Source: Candidatus Adlerbacteria bacterium
Lineage (GTDB): Bacteria > Patescibacteriota > Minisyncoccia > Phycocordibacterales > SBAW01
Length of the DNA stretch: 64,000 nucleotides
NCBI GenBank assembly: GCA_028286685.1
Contig: JAQBRA010000002.1
Location: 65,073-129,072 of the forward strand
Direction of reading: 5' to 3'
The position numbers and the translations under genes were made by a program. Positions 19,770 to 28,147 of this stretch are shown here, in pieces. Every line of letters starts with the position of its first letter. Position 1 is the stretch's first letter. The notes under the pieces were generated by a model. That model was not told where the DNA came from. It worked only from the letters and a program-made list of their open reading frames with translations, and did no database searches.

Positions 19770-21830
19770 ATGAACCTAATTGGCAAGGTCGTAAATGGGT
19801 ATGAAATCGTTGAATTTATCAACGACGGAGGTTTCGGCGTGGTCTACAAGGCCGAGAAAGAAGGTAAACTATATGCTCTTAAGCTCTTTCGTGAGGCCTA
19901 TGTACTCAAGGAATATCGCAACGGTGGAGACAATCGCATACAGCGCGAGATAGACATTTTGAAGTCGGCGAACCACAAAAGCCTCGTGAACTACGTGGAT
20001 AACTTCGTCACAGACATTGACGGCTCTGCACACCACTTCCTAGTCATGGAGTTCATTGACGGCACAAACCTGCGAACGATAATCGACGGTAAAGGAAAGC
20101 TCGATGAGAAGACTGCTCTCCAATATTTCAACCAGGTCTTGGACGGCCTAGAAGCCTTACATCACACACCTGTGGCCGAGGGGGTCTCGGGAGTTGTCCA
20201 TAGGGATTTGAAGCCTGAAAATATACTTATTGACGGGGCGGGCCAAGTGAAAGTGTCCGATTTTGGCATCTCGAAAATCATCGATTTTACCTCTATAACA
20301 AGCACAGGTGACTTTATTGGCACGAGCCCTTACATGTCACCCGAGCAGATAGTCGACAGCAAGCACGTGGACCGGCGCTCCGATGTATACGCCCTCGGGG
20401 TACTGCTTTATGAAATGCTGACAGGCCAACATCCTCACGACTATCAATCTGAACCTGAGCTCATAGACAAGATAAAGAACGAACCCGCCATACCACCACG
20501 ACGCAGAGTTGCTGATATAAACAACGAAACCGAAAACGTTATCTTGCGATGTCTTGAAAAGCAACCGTACGGGCGTTTTAGTGACGTCGCGCAGTTGCGC
20601 CAGTCGCTCAACCAAAAGTCTGTCGTACTTACAAAGAAAAAATACGACCTCACGCCGCGATTTGTGCTACGGCTCTACGACGACAAAAGTACCTTGGAGA
20701 AGTACCTCCCCACTCACCAAAGTAAGTTCTTTGTAGAGTTCCCTGCAAACCTTGCCGATCATCAAAAGGGCCTCCTAAAAATTGTGCGTGAAAACAAGAA
20801 TGTGATTATGATTGTCGACCCAGCAACAGTGCGTCTCGCGTACGACACTTTCTCTGATGTCGAGGGTCTAAAACGACTTCCCTACGCAAGGGAGGATTTC
20901 CAGCCCATTACCCCAGACAACTTAAAGGACTACAAGGAGCAGAAGGAGTACGTAAAAAAAGTGCTGGATACAGAAGCAGAAATTGGTGCCGACATCTTAC
21001 TCGCACCCTTTCATTACACACACAATAGTAATATTTCGCTTACAACGGCTAACCCCCATGCCGAATGGTTCGACCTCGACGTGAAGCTTTTAAAAGAGGC
21101 TATCGACTATCGTGATGCAACCCCAGCACTACGTGACAAGCCACTATACGCCGGTATCTGCGTTAATCATACGTCGTTGAGCAACGATCGTGATTTGCGC
21201 CACATACTCAATACATTTTCAATTTTTGATTGCGACGGATACATGGTCTATGTCGATTGCATAGACGAAAACACCTCTCGCGCCACACTATCCAACTACA
21301 TCACTCTCTTGCGGGAACTCCAGTTAAAGACTGGGAAGCCGGTTATTGCCGCACGGGTAAATGGAATTGGTCTCGGCTTATTGTGCGCCGGCGTGGCAGG
21401 CTTTACCTCTGGCGCCGCACGCTTTGAAACCTTTAACGAGGACTTGTACAAGGTGGAGAGGCCATCTTTCAACCTGTACGAGCGCTACTATTACCCCACA
21501 CTGATGAAAGCAGTTGCCATCTTGCGCAAAGACCCCGCCCGTTTCGACCTCATTCGCGACAAAATAGGAATATGTACATGCCGTTATTGCGGCGGCAAAG
21601 ATGCAGCAGGATCGATACTGGCGGCAAATAATAAACTCCACTTCCTCGAAATGCGCGCTCAGGAGGTAGCGGAAATCGCTGCCTTGCCCGAAGGCGAACG
21701 GATCGGGCACTTCATCCAGAGAATAAGTACAGCGTTGGATAATTACGCTCTGCTCACGCCGAGCGTCTTTAAGCCATCCGACTATGCACACCTCAACGGT
21801 TGGAAAGATGTCTTTCAGAGGCTAAAATAG
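19770..21830 (+). CDS. Hanks-type Ser/Thr kinase fused to an uncharacterised C-terminal domain with CxCxxC...H zinc motif
   Basis: GGFGVVY, ALK, HRDLKPEN, DFG, GTSPYMSPEQ, DVYALG; no TM; C-terminal ~400 aa ending CTCRYC-x16-H. Confidence 0.92.
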   Translation: MNLIGKVVNGYEIVEFINDGGFGVVYKAEKEGKLYALKLFREAYVLKEYRNGGDNRIQREIDILKSANHKSLVNYVDNFVTDIDGSAHHFLVMEFIDGTNLRTIIDGKGKLDEKTALQYFNQVLDGLEALHHTPVAEGVSGVVHRDLKPENILIDGAGQVKVSDFGISKIIDFTSITSTGDFIGTSPYMSPEQIVDSKHVDRRSDVYALGVLLYEMLTGQHPHDYQSEPELIDKIKNEPAIPPRRRVADINNETENVILRCLEKQPYGRFSDVAQLRQSLNQKSVVLTKKKYDLTPRFVLRLYDDKSTLEKYLPTHQSKFFVEFPANLADHQKGLLKIVRENKNVIMIVDPATVRLAYDTFSDVEGLKRLPYAREDFQPITPDNLKDYKEQKEYVKKVLDTEAEIGADILLAPFHYTHNSNISLTTANPHAEWFDLDVKLLKEAIDYRDATPALRDKPLYAGICVNHTSLSNDRDLRHILNTFSIFDCDGYMVYVDCIDENTSRATLSNYITLLRELQLKTGKPVIAARVNGIGLGLLCAGVAGFTSGAARFETFNEDLYKVERPSFNLYERYYYPTLMKAVAILRKDPARFDLIRDKIGICTCRYCGGKDAAGSILAANNKLHFLEMRAQEVAEIAALPEGERIGHFIQRISTALDNYALLTPSVFKPSDYAHLNGWKDVFQRLK

Positions 21831-21838
21831 CAGTAAGC

Positions 21839-22495
21839 ATGTTCCAGCTTGAAAAAGAGATGATTCCGGTGCTCAAAAGGGATCTATCGAGGATCTTTGG
21901 TGCAGTTCACGCTGCCGAAGAGTTCGTAAGCGGGAACGGTCGTCCAGATTTAGTATTTGCTCGTTTCACAAGCGAGACGTCCTCACGAGGCGCACTTGAT
22001 TACGAGACCCTCCACCTGCTCGTAAGACATTTAAATAAAGAAGGGCGCGTGTACCATGTGGACGAAGTGCTTGGAATTGACCTGCAAAACAGAAAGCGGG
22101 TACATGGCATACTCGATGTGTTGAGCAACTATGGCTTTGTGGAGTACCAAGACGACACCCATTTCATCGTCCGGAGGAAGTACCAACCAGTGGCAGACGA
22201 ATTTGTTTCGATAGAGGCAAAATTAAGTGACTGGAAGTCTGGTGTCAGTCAGGCCATAAGATACAAGTCTTTCTCTAACAGCACGTACCTTGCCATTTCC
22301 GAAGAATATTTAGACCGTGTAGATAGGCAAACCTTGCGCGCCAGCGGCGTTGGGCTTATTAGCGTATCAAGGGAGAATGCTTCGCTTATTTTAAAGGCAA
22401 GAACAAGTAAACCTAAAAGTATGGTATCCAACTACTACCTTACTGAACGCCTCGTTGACACAGTAAACAGTTCTCGAGCTAGTGCAATAGTTTAA
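21839..22495 (+). CDS. PD-(D/E)xK-fold nuclease-like protein with inserted HTH (sce7726/MmcB-like)
   Basis: E..SGNGRPDLV, SIEAKLSDWK..QAIRY, YLAI, GVGLISV; ATG 8 nt after the kinase stop. Confidence 0.78.
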   Translation: MFQLEKEMIPVLKRDLSRIFGAVHAAEEFVSGNGRPDLVFARFTSETSSRGALDYETLHLLVRHLNKEGRVYHVDEVLGIDLQNRKRVHGILDVLSNYGFVEYQDDTHFIVRRKYQPVADEFVSIEAKLSDWKSGVSQAIRYKSFSNSTYLAISEEYLDRVDRQTLRASGVGLISVSRENASLILKARTSKPKSMVSNYYLTERLVDTVNSSRASAIV

Positions 22496-22596
22496 GCTTT
22501 TTTGCGTATCATTTTGTGGTCAGTAAGGAAACCTATTCCCAAGGCGACAAGTCATCCGAAACGGCGCATGTAAAGAGAACAGGGAGTGCTTCTTGA

Positions 22597-22935
22597 TTAT
22601 TTCAATGTCTCGCAAGCAAGACCGTCTTTGTCCGCGTCGAGACGGTGAGGGTCAGAGCTAGGGCCGCCATTTGCAATAAAGAAGGCTTGCGCTTGTGCAT
22701 GCGTAGCAAAGTCAGGGCAGTTTTTGTCGACAAAGCCCGATTTAGCTGCAGTCTTGGCGACAGTCTTTGTAACTACCTTTGCCTCAGTTTTAACCGCAGG
22801 CTTGCTGTGGCAGTGGTAGTTTCCTGTTTTGCTCTCGGTATGGCAGCCTTTTGCGTCGGTGCGGCCGGGGGAAGCCAACGCCACCGCCGGAGCGATGGAA
22901 ATGGCGAGTACTAAACCGGCGAGCAGGGTGCGCAT
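22597..22935 (-). CDS. secreted YHYH plus excalibur calcium-binding domain protein
   Basis: Signal peptide, PGRTDAKGCH..YHCH, DKNCPDF..DPHRLDADKDGLACE. Confidence 0.9.
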   Translation of the reverse strand: MRTLLAGLVLAISIAPAVALASPGRTDAKGCHTESKTGNYHCHSKPAVKTEAKVVTKTVAKTAAKSGFVDKNCPDFATHAQAQAFFIANGGPSSDPHRLDADKDGLACETLK

Positions 22936-22936
22936 A

Positions 22937-23152
22937 TTAGCCAATGGTGAAAGCAATAACGAGTGCAGCACCAAAGACGACCGCTGCCATAACGATTGCT
23001 ACAGCCATATTGCCCTGCCTAAGCTCCTCCCACTCGTTAATAGGGGTAATGAAGGAGAACAATTTAACCAAAATACCAAGGGAAATTGCCATCGAGATGG
23101 CGCCAGTAATAGCCCAGCCGAACGTTATAAAATACTGTGTAAATATGTCCAT
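22937..23152 (-). CDS. DUF350 family small membrane protein
   Basis: ITPINEWEELRQGNMAVAIV between two TM helices. Confidence 0.88.
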   Translation of the reverse strand: MDIFTQYFITFGWAITGAISMAISLGILVKLFSFITPINEWEELRQGNMAVAIVMAAVVFGAALVIAFTIG

Positions 23153-23202
23153 GGCCCCAGAGTAGCAAATGTGGCGGATTTAGCTACCTACTTAAACTAA
23201 TA

Positions 23203-23307
23203 TTGACATAATAAACTTATGTATGTAATGTATTCGCTGGCTGTTCCCTTTCGTCGGTTTGTCTAGTTGAGCCCCGAAAGGGGTTTCAGCTGCAATATCG
23301 ATGGAGG
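23203..23307 (+). promoter_or_regulatory. sigma70 promoter with operator-like palindrome and SD-sequestering leader hairpin
   Basis: TTGACA-N17-TAATGT; ACATAA-N5-TTATGT at 23206-23222; hairpin 23248-23307 with GAAA loop pairs GGAGG. Confidence 0.65.
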
Positions 23308-23313
23308 TATAAG

Positions 23314-23697
23314 ATGGACGTTGTTCAATGGTTCTGTAGTAGCAGGAGTAATATGGCTGTTTGGTTGTGTAGATTCCTTGGGTGCGAGGTAAAGCATAGC
23401 AATCCCTCTCCCGTGGTTATACCACCCCTACCAGTTCCTCTTGTTACAAGACCACTGCCAAGCTCGACTTGTCTCAAGTCGTACTGCAGATGCAACCCCC
23501 ACCTTTGGATTTTTCATCTGGTCATGCAGCATCCTGGGATTAATACTCCTGGCATCCGTCGCAAGATGGGCTGCTACTGCACAGATAGAATTATTCAAGG
23601 AATCTTAGTCGACCTACGGACACAAGGGTATGTACGTATGCACGGCTACGGCCGATGGTCTACGTACTGGCCCAATGCCGTTCTGGTCGACAAATAG
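23314..23697 (+). CDS. Cys-rich protein with C-terminal winged-HTH-like region
   Basis: GGAGG SD; HPGINTPGIRRKMG..RIIQGILVDLRTQGYVRMHGYGRWSTY resembles a wHTH; terminator at about 23700-23729. Confidence 0.6.
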   Translation: MDVVQWFCSSRSNMAVWLCRFLGCEVKHSNPSPVVIPPLPVPLVTRPLPSSTCLKSYCRCNPHLWIFHLVMQHPGINTPGIRRKMGCYCTDRIIQGILVDLRTQGYVRMHGYGRWSTYWPNAVLVDK

Positions 23698-23727
23698 CCA
23701 AACCGCGCGCTGCAAGGCGCGCGGTTT

Positions 23728-24261
23728 TTATTGTTTTAGAACCAATTTCTTTTCTACCTCCCCTTTTATAGCTTCCTTATCCAACTTATCGGCTCTTAAG
23801 TGCAAAATGGATACGCCAGCATCAGCCATCATGCTATCTACGAGGTCGTCCCTATCCATCCGACGAGGGATAGAGTGGCTGCCGCCATCTAGTTCTATAA
23901 CTAGTTGAGGCGCCGCACGCTCTTTGTCGCAGAGCAAAAAGTCGACCGATTTCCTATCTATCCGGCTTCTCAGCCTCATCCGCTCGCGGTAATCAAAGTC
24001 CTTGTTAGGCTCGATAAAATGAGTAAAATTGACCTGGGCAAATATATAAAACCTGTCGCCATACAGCTCAAGCAAAATCTTGTACATCTCAGCCTCAGTC
24101 TTGGTATCGAAAATTGAGGCCTTCTTATTAAAATATTTAACAGCCTCTTCTTTGCTTTGTATGAGCAAGGCTAAAGCAACCAATCCAACAAGAAGCACTG
24201 CGGTAATTGCCCAAACCCACCAAGGGATATGAGGCAACCCAAGTAATTCAAAAATGGACAT
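23728..24261 (-). CDS. DUF2726 domain protein (membrane-anchored nuclease-like fold)
   Basis: N-terminal TM, IFAQV, VDFLLCD, VIELDGGSH, RDDLVD. Confidence 0.9.
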   Translation of the reverse strand: MSIFELLGLPHIPWWVWAITAVLLVGLVALALLIQSKEEAVKYFNKKASIFDTKTEAEMYKILLELYGDRFYIFAQVNFTHFIEPNKDFDYRERMRLRSRIDRKSVDFLLCDKERAAPQLVIELDGGSHSIPRRMDRDDLVDSMMADAGVSILHLRADKLDKEAIKGEVEKKLVLKQ

Positions 24262-24262
24262 A

Positions 24263-24484
24263 CTACTTAGCTAAAGGGCCATTATGAGTGGGCGCCTCTG
24301 TAGTCTTCTTTGAGACTATCGGGATATCTTTGCGAGTGTTTTCATCTATCTGCTCAAGCAAACTTACTATCCTATTTGTTTTCCAGTACCAAGTGAGCAA
24401 CTCTCTTACTACAAAAAAGCCTACAAGCACCAAAAAGACGAACAAAAGCGGGTCGGTCCCAAAACTTGGGAGGTTTAGATTCAT
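24263..24484 (-). CDS. small membrane protein
   Basis: Single TM plus RELLTWYWKTNRIVSLLEQI; TATACT 6 nt upstream. Confidence 0.75.
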   Translation of the reverse strand: MNLNLPSFGTDPLLFVFLVLVGFFVVRELLTWYWKTNRIVSLLEQIDENTRKDIPIVSKKTTEAPTHNGPLAK

Positions 24485-24601
24485 GCCACCAGTATATCCC
24501 CGTATGAAGGACTCAATATTACGATGTGCACAGCTACTGATTTAATTACGTAAACAAAAAACCGCCTCACCGAGAAGGTCCCGGTGAGGGGAGGTCTTCT
24601 G

Positions 24602-25123
24602 CTAGTGGGCGGTCAATAACACTCTTCTGCCCGTGCCGAGAATATAGGGACGCGAGATCGGATCGTTGTCCCATTCCTCATTGCGTCGCTCTGCCCTCTC
24701 CTGCACTTCGTCCATGCACATATCAATGAGCCACTGTGGTAAAACGAAGCAGCCATACATGATACGGGTCTCGTCGTAGTACCGAACTTGTCCGTACTCG
24801 ATGGCCCGAATGAGGGTATGAATGAACGCATTGAACGCCCATTCGACGCAGTGGTTATGATCTGGGAGGAGGGGACCTCCGCGCCGATCATGCCCCTTTG
24901 CTACGTCTCTCGCCCAAGCGGCCATATACGATACCAACTGTGCATCGACGGGTACGAAATCTTTAGTGGCAAACGCCTTCTCGATTGCACTGAAGAAAGC
25001 CTTGCCCAGCGGGTCGGGCGGCAACTCCTTAAGGGAGCTTAGGTCCGCAGTTCCGTATTCCTGCACCAAAACATAGTCCCAGAGACGCTTTATGTTAGCT
25101 TCTTCATTATCCCAAAAGCGCAT
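24602..25123 (-). CDS. hypothetical protein (ORFan)
   Basis: Long ORF followed by a hairpin at about 24565-24589; start uncertain. Confidence 0.55.
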   Translation of the reverse strand: MRFWDNEEANIKRLWDYVLVQEYGTADLSSLKELPPDPLGKAFFSAIEKAFATKDFVPVDAQLVSYMAAWARDVAKGHDRRGGPLLPDHNHCVEWAFNAFIHTLIRAIEYGQVRYYDETRIMYGCFVLPQWLIDMCMDEVQERAERRNEEWDNDPISRPYILGTGRRVLLTAH

Positions 25124-25216
25124 GATGTGCTCTTTTCTCAAACCCCCTTTGTTCGGCAGAGGGTAAAACCGTACTATAGCTTTTTCTATTATATACCAAA
25201 ATATATATTTTGTCAA

Positions 25217-25438
25217 CTAAGACTGTGCCGAAAAAATCTTGGAGGGGCTGGTGTGGCCCGACAAAAGGCGAACATCCGCTAAGGGCAGATTGAGGTGGGC
25301 GGCTACCAGCTCGCGCACGCGATGGTTGGCCAAGTTGCGCTCGGCGGGCTCTTTGACCCAGATTTTAAGCCGCCCCTTGGGCAGCTCTTCGACCAGCTCC
25401 TTTTTGGCCCCCGCCACCACCCGAACGCTTACATACAT
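25217..25438 (-). CDS. DUF167 (UPF0235/YggU) family protein
   Basis: VRVVAGAKKE, VKEPAERNLAN, LLSGHTSPSK. Confidence 0.88.
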   Translation of the reverse strand: MYVSVRVVAGAKKELVEELPKGRLKIWVKEPAERNLANHRVRELVAAHLNLPLADVRLLSGHTSPSKIFSAQS

Positions 25439-25448
25439 ACTTACTTCC

Positions 25449-25553
25449 TTACTTCCGCTTTCCTCCCGGCCAGCAGACGGGGCACACGCCCGTGCCGCGG
25501 TATTTGTGGCCACGGGTGCACGTGCGCCAGACATTCTTAGTTTTTTTGATCAT
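25449..25553 (-). CDS. 34-aa zinc-knuckle-like small protein (not in ORF track)
   Basis: [34 protein letters not shown]; CxxGH-x7-CPxC; ends 10 nt before the DUF167 ATG. Confidence 0.6.
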   Translation of the reverse strand: MIKKTKNVWRTCTRGHKYRGTGVCPVCWPGGKRK

Positions 25554-25882
25554 AAGTATCACATCTCCACTGCCCCAACACTACACCTATTCCCACCCTC
25601 ACGACTTTTTATTCTAGCTTTCTGCAGAAGCCTGGAGTGGATTCGGTAGGCTTTTGCTCTGCCATATGCCCTTATAGTACACCCGACAAGAAGCCTTCAA
25701 GTCCCTCCCTCCTGCATAACAAAATAATAAAAGTGGCCGATCCGAAGCGTCGGAACAGCACAGCAAGGCGAACCAGACGCCCGGGCGTTTTTCTTTTGCC
25801 CCTGTCGTACGACAATTGCCAAATAGGCCTATTTATTGTATTTTGCCTGCAGACTAGAGAACAACCACAGAGAGGCTAGCTC

Positions 25883-26479
25883 ATGACAACCCTTGTAGCG
25901 CCCCTTACCGGGGAGAGCTTGGAGACCATCCAGTCGCTCGCGCGGAACGTATTCCTGGATGGCGAATGCTATGCGTTTGCCATCGGGCTCAGCCGGGGCC
26001 TTGGCTGGTCTATGGTCGGGCTTATGGAAGGGCCGGTGATCCGGCACGCTCTGGCCTACAACCCAAAAAAGCCCTCCGGCCTGGGCGTGCTCTACGATGT
26101 GCGCGGCAAGCTGGCTCTAAACGAGCCGGAGCTCGGCAACCCTTTCCACCATCGTCCGCCGTATATACTGCGCGAAGTAACCGAGGACGACCTGCGCGCC
26201 GTGCGACCCGTACACGAGCGCAGCATTGCTATGGCCGGCCGGATGGCAGAGGCCATGTGGCCGCACCTGCCCTGGAAACAGGGCCTGGCCGTCCGCGCCA
26301 AGGCATTTGCCGACGCGCTTGCTGCCCTCAGCCGCGAGCACGGGTTTTGGATACGAAGCCCTTACGACACCATGCGCCCCATCCTTTCGGAAGCGCACGG
26401 CGACGAGCGGGGCTACACGATCCGCATACTCGACGACGGGATGGCGTACACTATCGACCGCAGGCTTACCGACGCATGA
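25883..26479 (+). CDS. hypothetical protein with papain/transglutaminase-like Cys-His-Asp pattern
   Basis: GECYAFAIGL, IRHALAY, LYDVRG; GAGG SD. Confidence 0.65.
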   Translation: MTTLVAPLTGESLETIQSLARNVFLDGECYAFAIGLSRGLGWSMVGLMEGPVIRHALAYNPKKPSGLGVLYDVRGKLALNEPELGNPFHHRPPYILREVTEDDLRAVRPVHERSIAMAGRMAEAMWPHLPWKQGLAVRAKAFADALAALSREHGFWIRSPYDTMRPILSEAHGDERGYTIRILDDGMAYTIDRRLTDA

Positions 26480-26493
26480 TAAAAGGAGAACGC

Positions 26494-26739
26494 ATGGCAA
26501 CATCGCCATATCTCTTCGTTCCGGACGAATTCGTTGTCTGGCGCGAACAGGACCAGCCGAACCTTGCAGAGACGCTCGAAGAGTTAAAAAGCGAGTACGG
26601 CGACGGGCCTTTCAGGGTAGAAAGCGTCCAGCTTGAGGAGGAGAACTTGAAGCATCCTCAAGTCGTAACGATCTGGTCCTCCCGCGCAGGCTCCTCAGTG
26701 CCCTTCTCGGGACACTGGTTTAATCCGGTCTCCAACTAG
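26494..26739 (+). CDS. small hypothetical protein
   Basis: AAAGGAG SD before MATSPYLF; followed by a repeat hairpin. Confidence 0.6.
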   Translation: MATSPYLFVPDEFVVWREQDQPNLAETLEELKSEYGDGPFRVESVQLEEENLKHPQVVTIWSSRAGSSVPFSGHWFNPVSN

Positions 26740-26746
26740 AACAGAA

Positions 26747-26778
26747 CGCCCGGACCATTGGTCCGGGCGGTTTTCTTT
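26747..26778. repeat. palindromic repeat CGCCCGGACCAwTGGTCCGGGCG plus T tract, copy A
   Basis: 30/32 identical to 27277-27308. Confidence 0.85.
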
Positions 26779-26781
26779 GCA

Positions 26782-27189
26782 CTAGTTTATAAGGTCGTGC
26801 AGCGTCATTTTTATCTTATGCGCGACAGCATCCAGCTGTTCTTGCTCCTCAGCATCCACCTTATCGTCTACATATAAAGTTTTGCGGATGATATCCATGG
26901 AGTCCAGATACGCATACACTCGCTGTGTAACCAGGCGCGACACAGCCCTATGGTCCGGCGCGCAAGGCGCGTATTCTTTTGCCACAGTTACCAAGTACCA
27001 AAACTCATACGCGTGAGTAATGGAAAACTGGTGCCGGAGGTCGATAACTTGCAACTGGCGCTTCATCTCCTTGTCGAGCACCGAAAGAGTATGCACTTTC
27101 CATGCCTTATTTTTGTATACCGATTTCAAGATCGGCATGCCGTAGCGGATCGCCGAGTGCTCCGGCGGAAACCTCTGCTTCCATTCCAT
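26782..27189 (-). CDS. hypothetical protein (ORFan) between two repeats
   Basis: 135-aa ORF with GGAG SD. Confidence 0.6.
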   Translation of the reverse strand: MEWKQRFPPEHSAIRYGMPILKSVYKNKAWKVHTLSVLDKEMKRQLQVIDLRHQFSITHAYEFWYLVTVAKEYAPCAPDHRAVSRLVTQRVYAYLDSMDIIRKTLYVDDKVDAEEQEQLDAVAHKIKMTLHDLIN

Positions 27190-27276
27190 AAGGATCTCCC
27201 CTTCTGCCCACCACTGTACTCTCCTGCCCTAAAAAAGAAAGACTGGCAGTTGGATTCATGCACCCAGCAAATAGCG

Positions 27277-27308
27277 CGCCCGGACCAATGGTCCGGGCGT
27301 TTTTCTTT
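27277..27308. repeat. palindromic repeat, copy B
   Basis: Matches 26747-26778; a deleted third copy lies at 25778-25797. Confidence 0.85.
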
Positions 27309-27327
27309 TCCTATCGGCAAGCCTGGG

Positions 27328-27720
27328 CTAGATGTCGCCGAGCTCGAACAGATTTATTTCGACCCCGGCCCCTTCCGCGGCCTTTTGCATGGCGCTTATG
27401 TACGGCTTCCACCCGTCACTCGCCTCAACATAAAAGTCGAGTTCCGTGATGCCGAAGTTGGTCATCTGGATGCCAACCTTGCGCGCAAGATCCTCGATAA
27501 CCGCCTCGTCGTCGGGCAGGCGATAATCGTAATGATGCAGCTCCTGGGTGCTGTGCAGCAGGCCGAATCTTCCCGACAAGATGTAATAGTCGGCTTTTTG
27601 GGTCCCGGCAATGTTCTCGACTTGCGCAATGTGCCGGCCCAAATAGAGCTGCGAGGCCGGCATCTGGTCGGGGTCTGCCCGCTTCTTCCAGCTGCAGATA
27701 GTGGCAACGGCTTTTTTCAT
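27328..27720 (-). CDS. DUF6884-like protein (YaaA/DUF5591-related)
   Basis: CSWKK, PASQLYLG, YYILSGRFGLL, YDYRL. Confidence 0.72.
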   Translation of the reverse strand: MKKAVATICSWKKRADPDQMPASQLYLGRHIAQVENIAGTQKADYYILSGRFGLLHSTQELHHYDYRLPDDEAVIEDLARKVGIQMTNFGITELDFYVEASDGWKPYISAMQKAAEGAGVEINLFELGDI

Positions 27721-27790
27721 GACACCTCTCTTTAAAGAATTGTTCCACTTCTACCCTACCAATACTTGGGGGATTTTGCCACGAACGCTC

Positions 27791-28141
27791 CTATGCGCTT
27801 TTCTCCGCTAGGCGCAGCCTTTGGCGCAGGGCTTTATGCTCGGGGCACGCCTGCGCCACCAGCGCCCAAAAATGGGGCCCATGGTTAAACTCGCGCAAAT
27901 GGCACAGCTCGTGGACGATGACATAGTCGGCGACCTCGGGCGGCAAAAACAGGAGCTTATAGGAAAAGTTGAGGTTGCCCTTGCTCGAGCAGCTGCCCCA
28001 GCGGCTCTTGGAGTTCTTTATAAATACGCGCCTGAGCGTATGGTTGTAGTAGCGGTTGTAGTGCGCGAGCCTAGTGTGGACCAGGGCGCGGGCGGCCTCT
28101 TTGTGGGCCGCGTAGTGCTTGGAATTTCTGCGGCGGAGCAT
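27791..28141 (-). CDS. DUF45/YgjP-like metal-dependent hydrolase (short)
   Basis: SRWGSCS, DYVIVHELCHLREFNHGPHFW. Confidence 0.92.
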   Translation of the reverse strand: MLRRRNSKHYAAHKEAARALVHTRLAHYNRYYNHTLRRVFIKNSKSRWGSCSSKGNLNFSYKLLFLPPEVADYVIVHELCHLREFNHGPHFWALVAQACPEHKALRQRLRLAEKSA

Positions 28142-28147
28142 TATTTT

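Noticed and set aside
22500-22595. Short GTG-initiated frame after the nuclease gene as a third system component
   Set aside because: Only about 26 codons, with no SD and no motif
26730-26790. Integron attC interpretation of the palindromic repeats
   Set aside because: No convincing RYYYAAC/GTTRRRY core pair, flanking genes are not co-oriented, and no IntI is in the window
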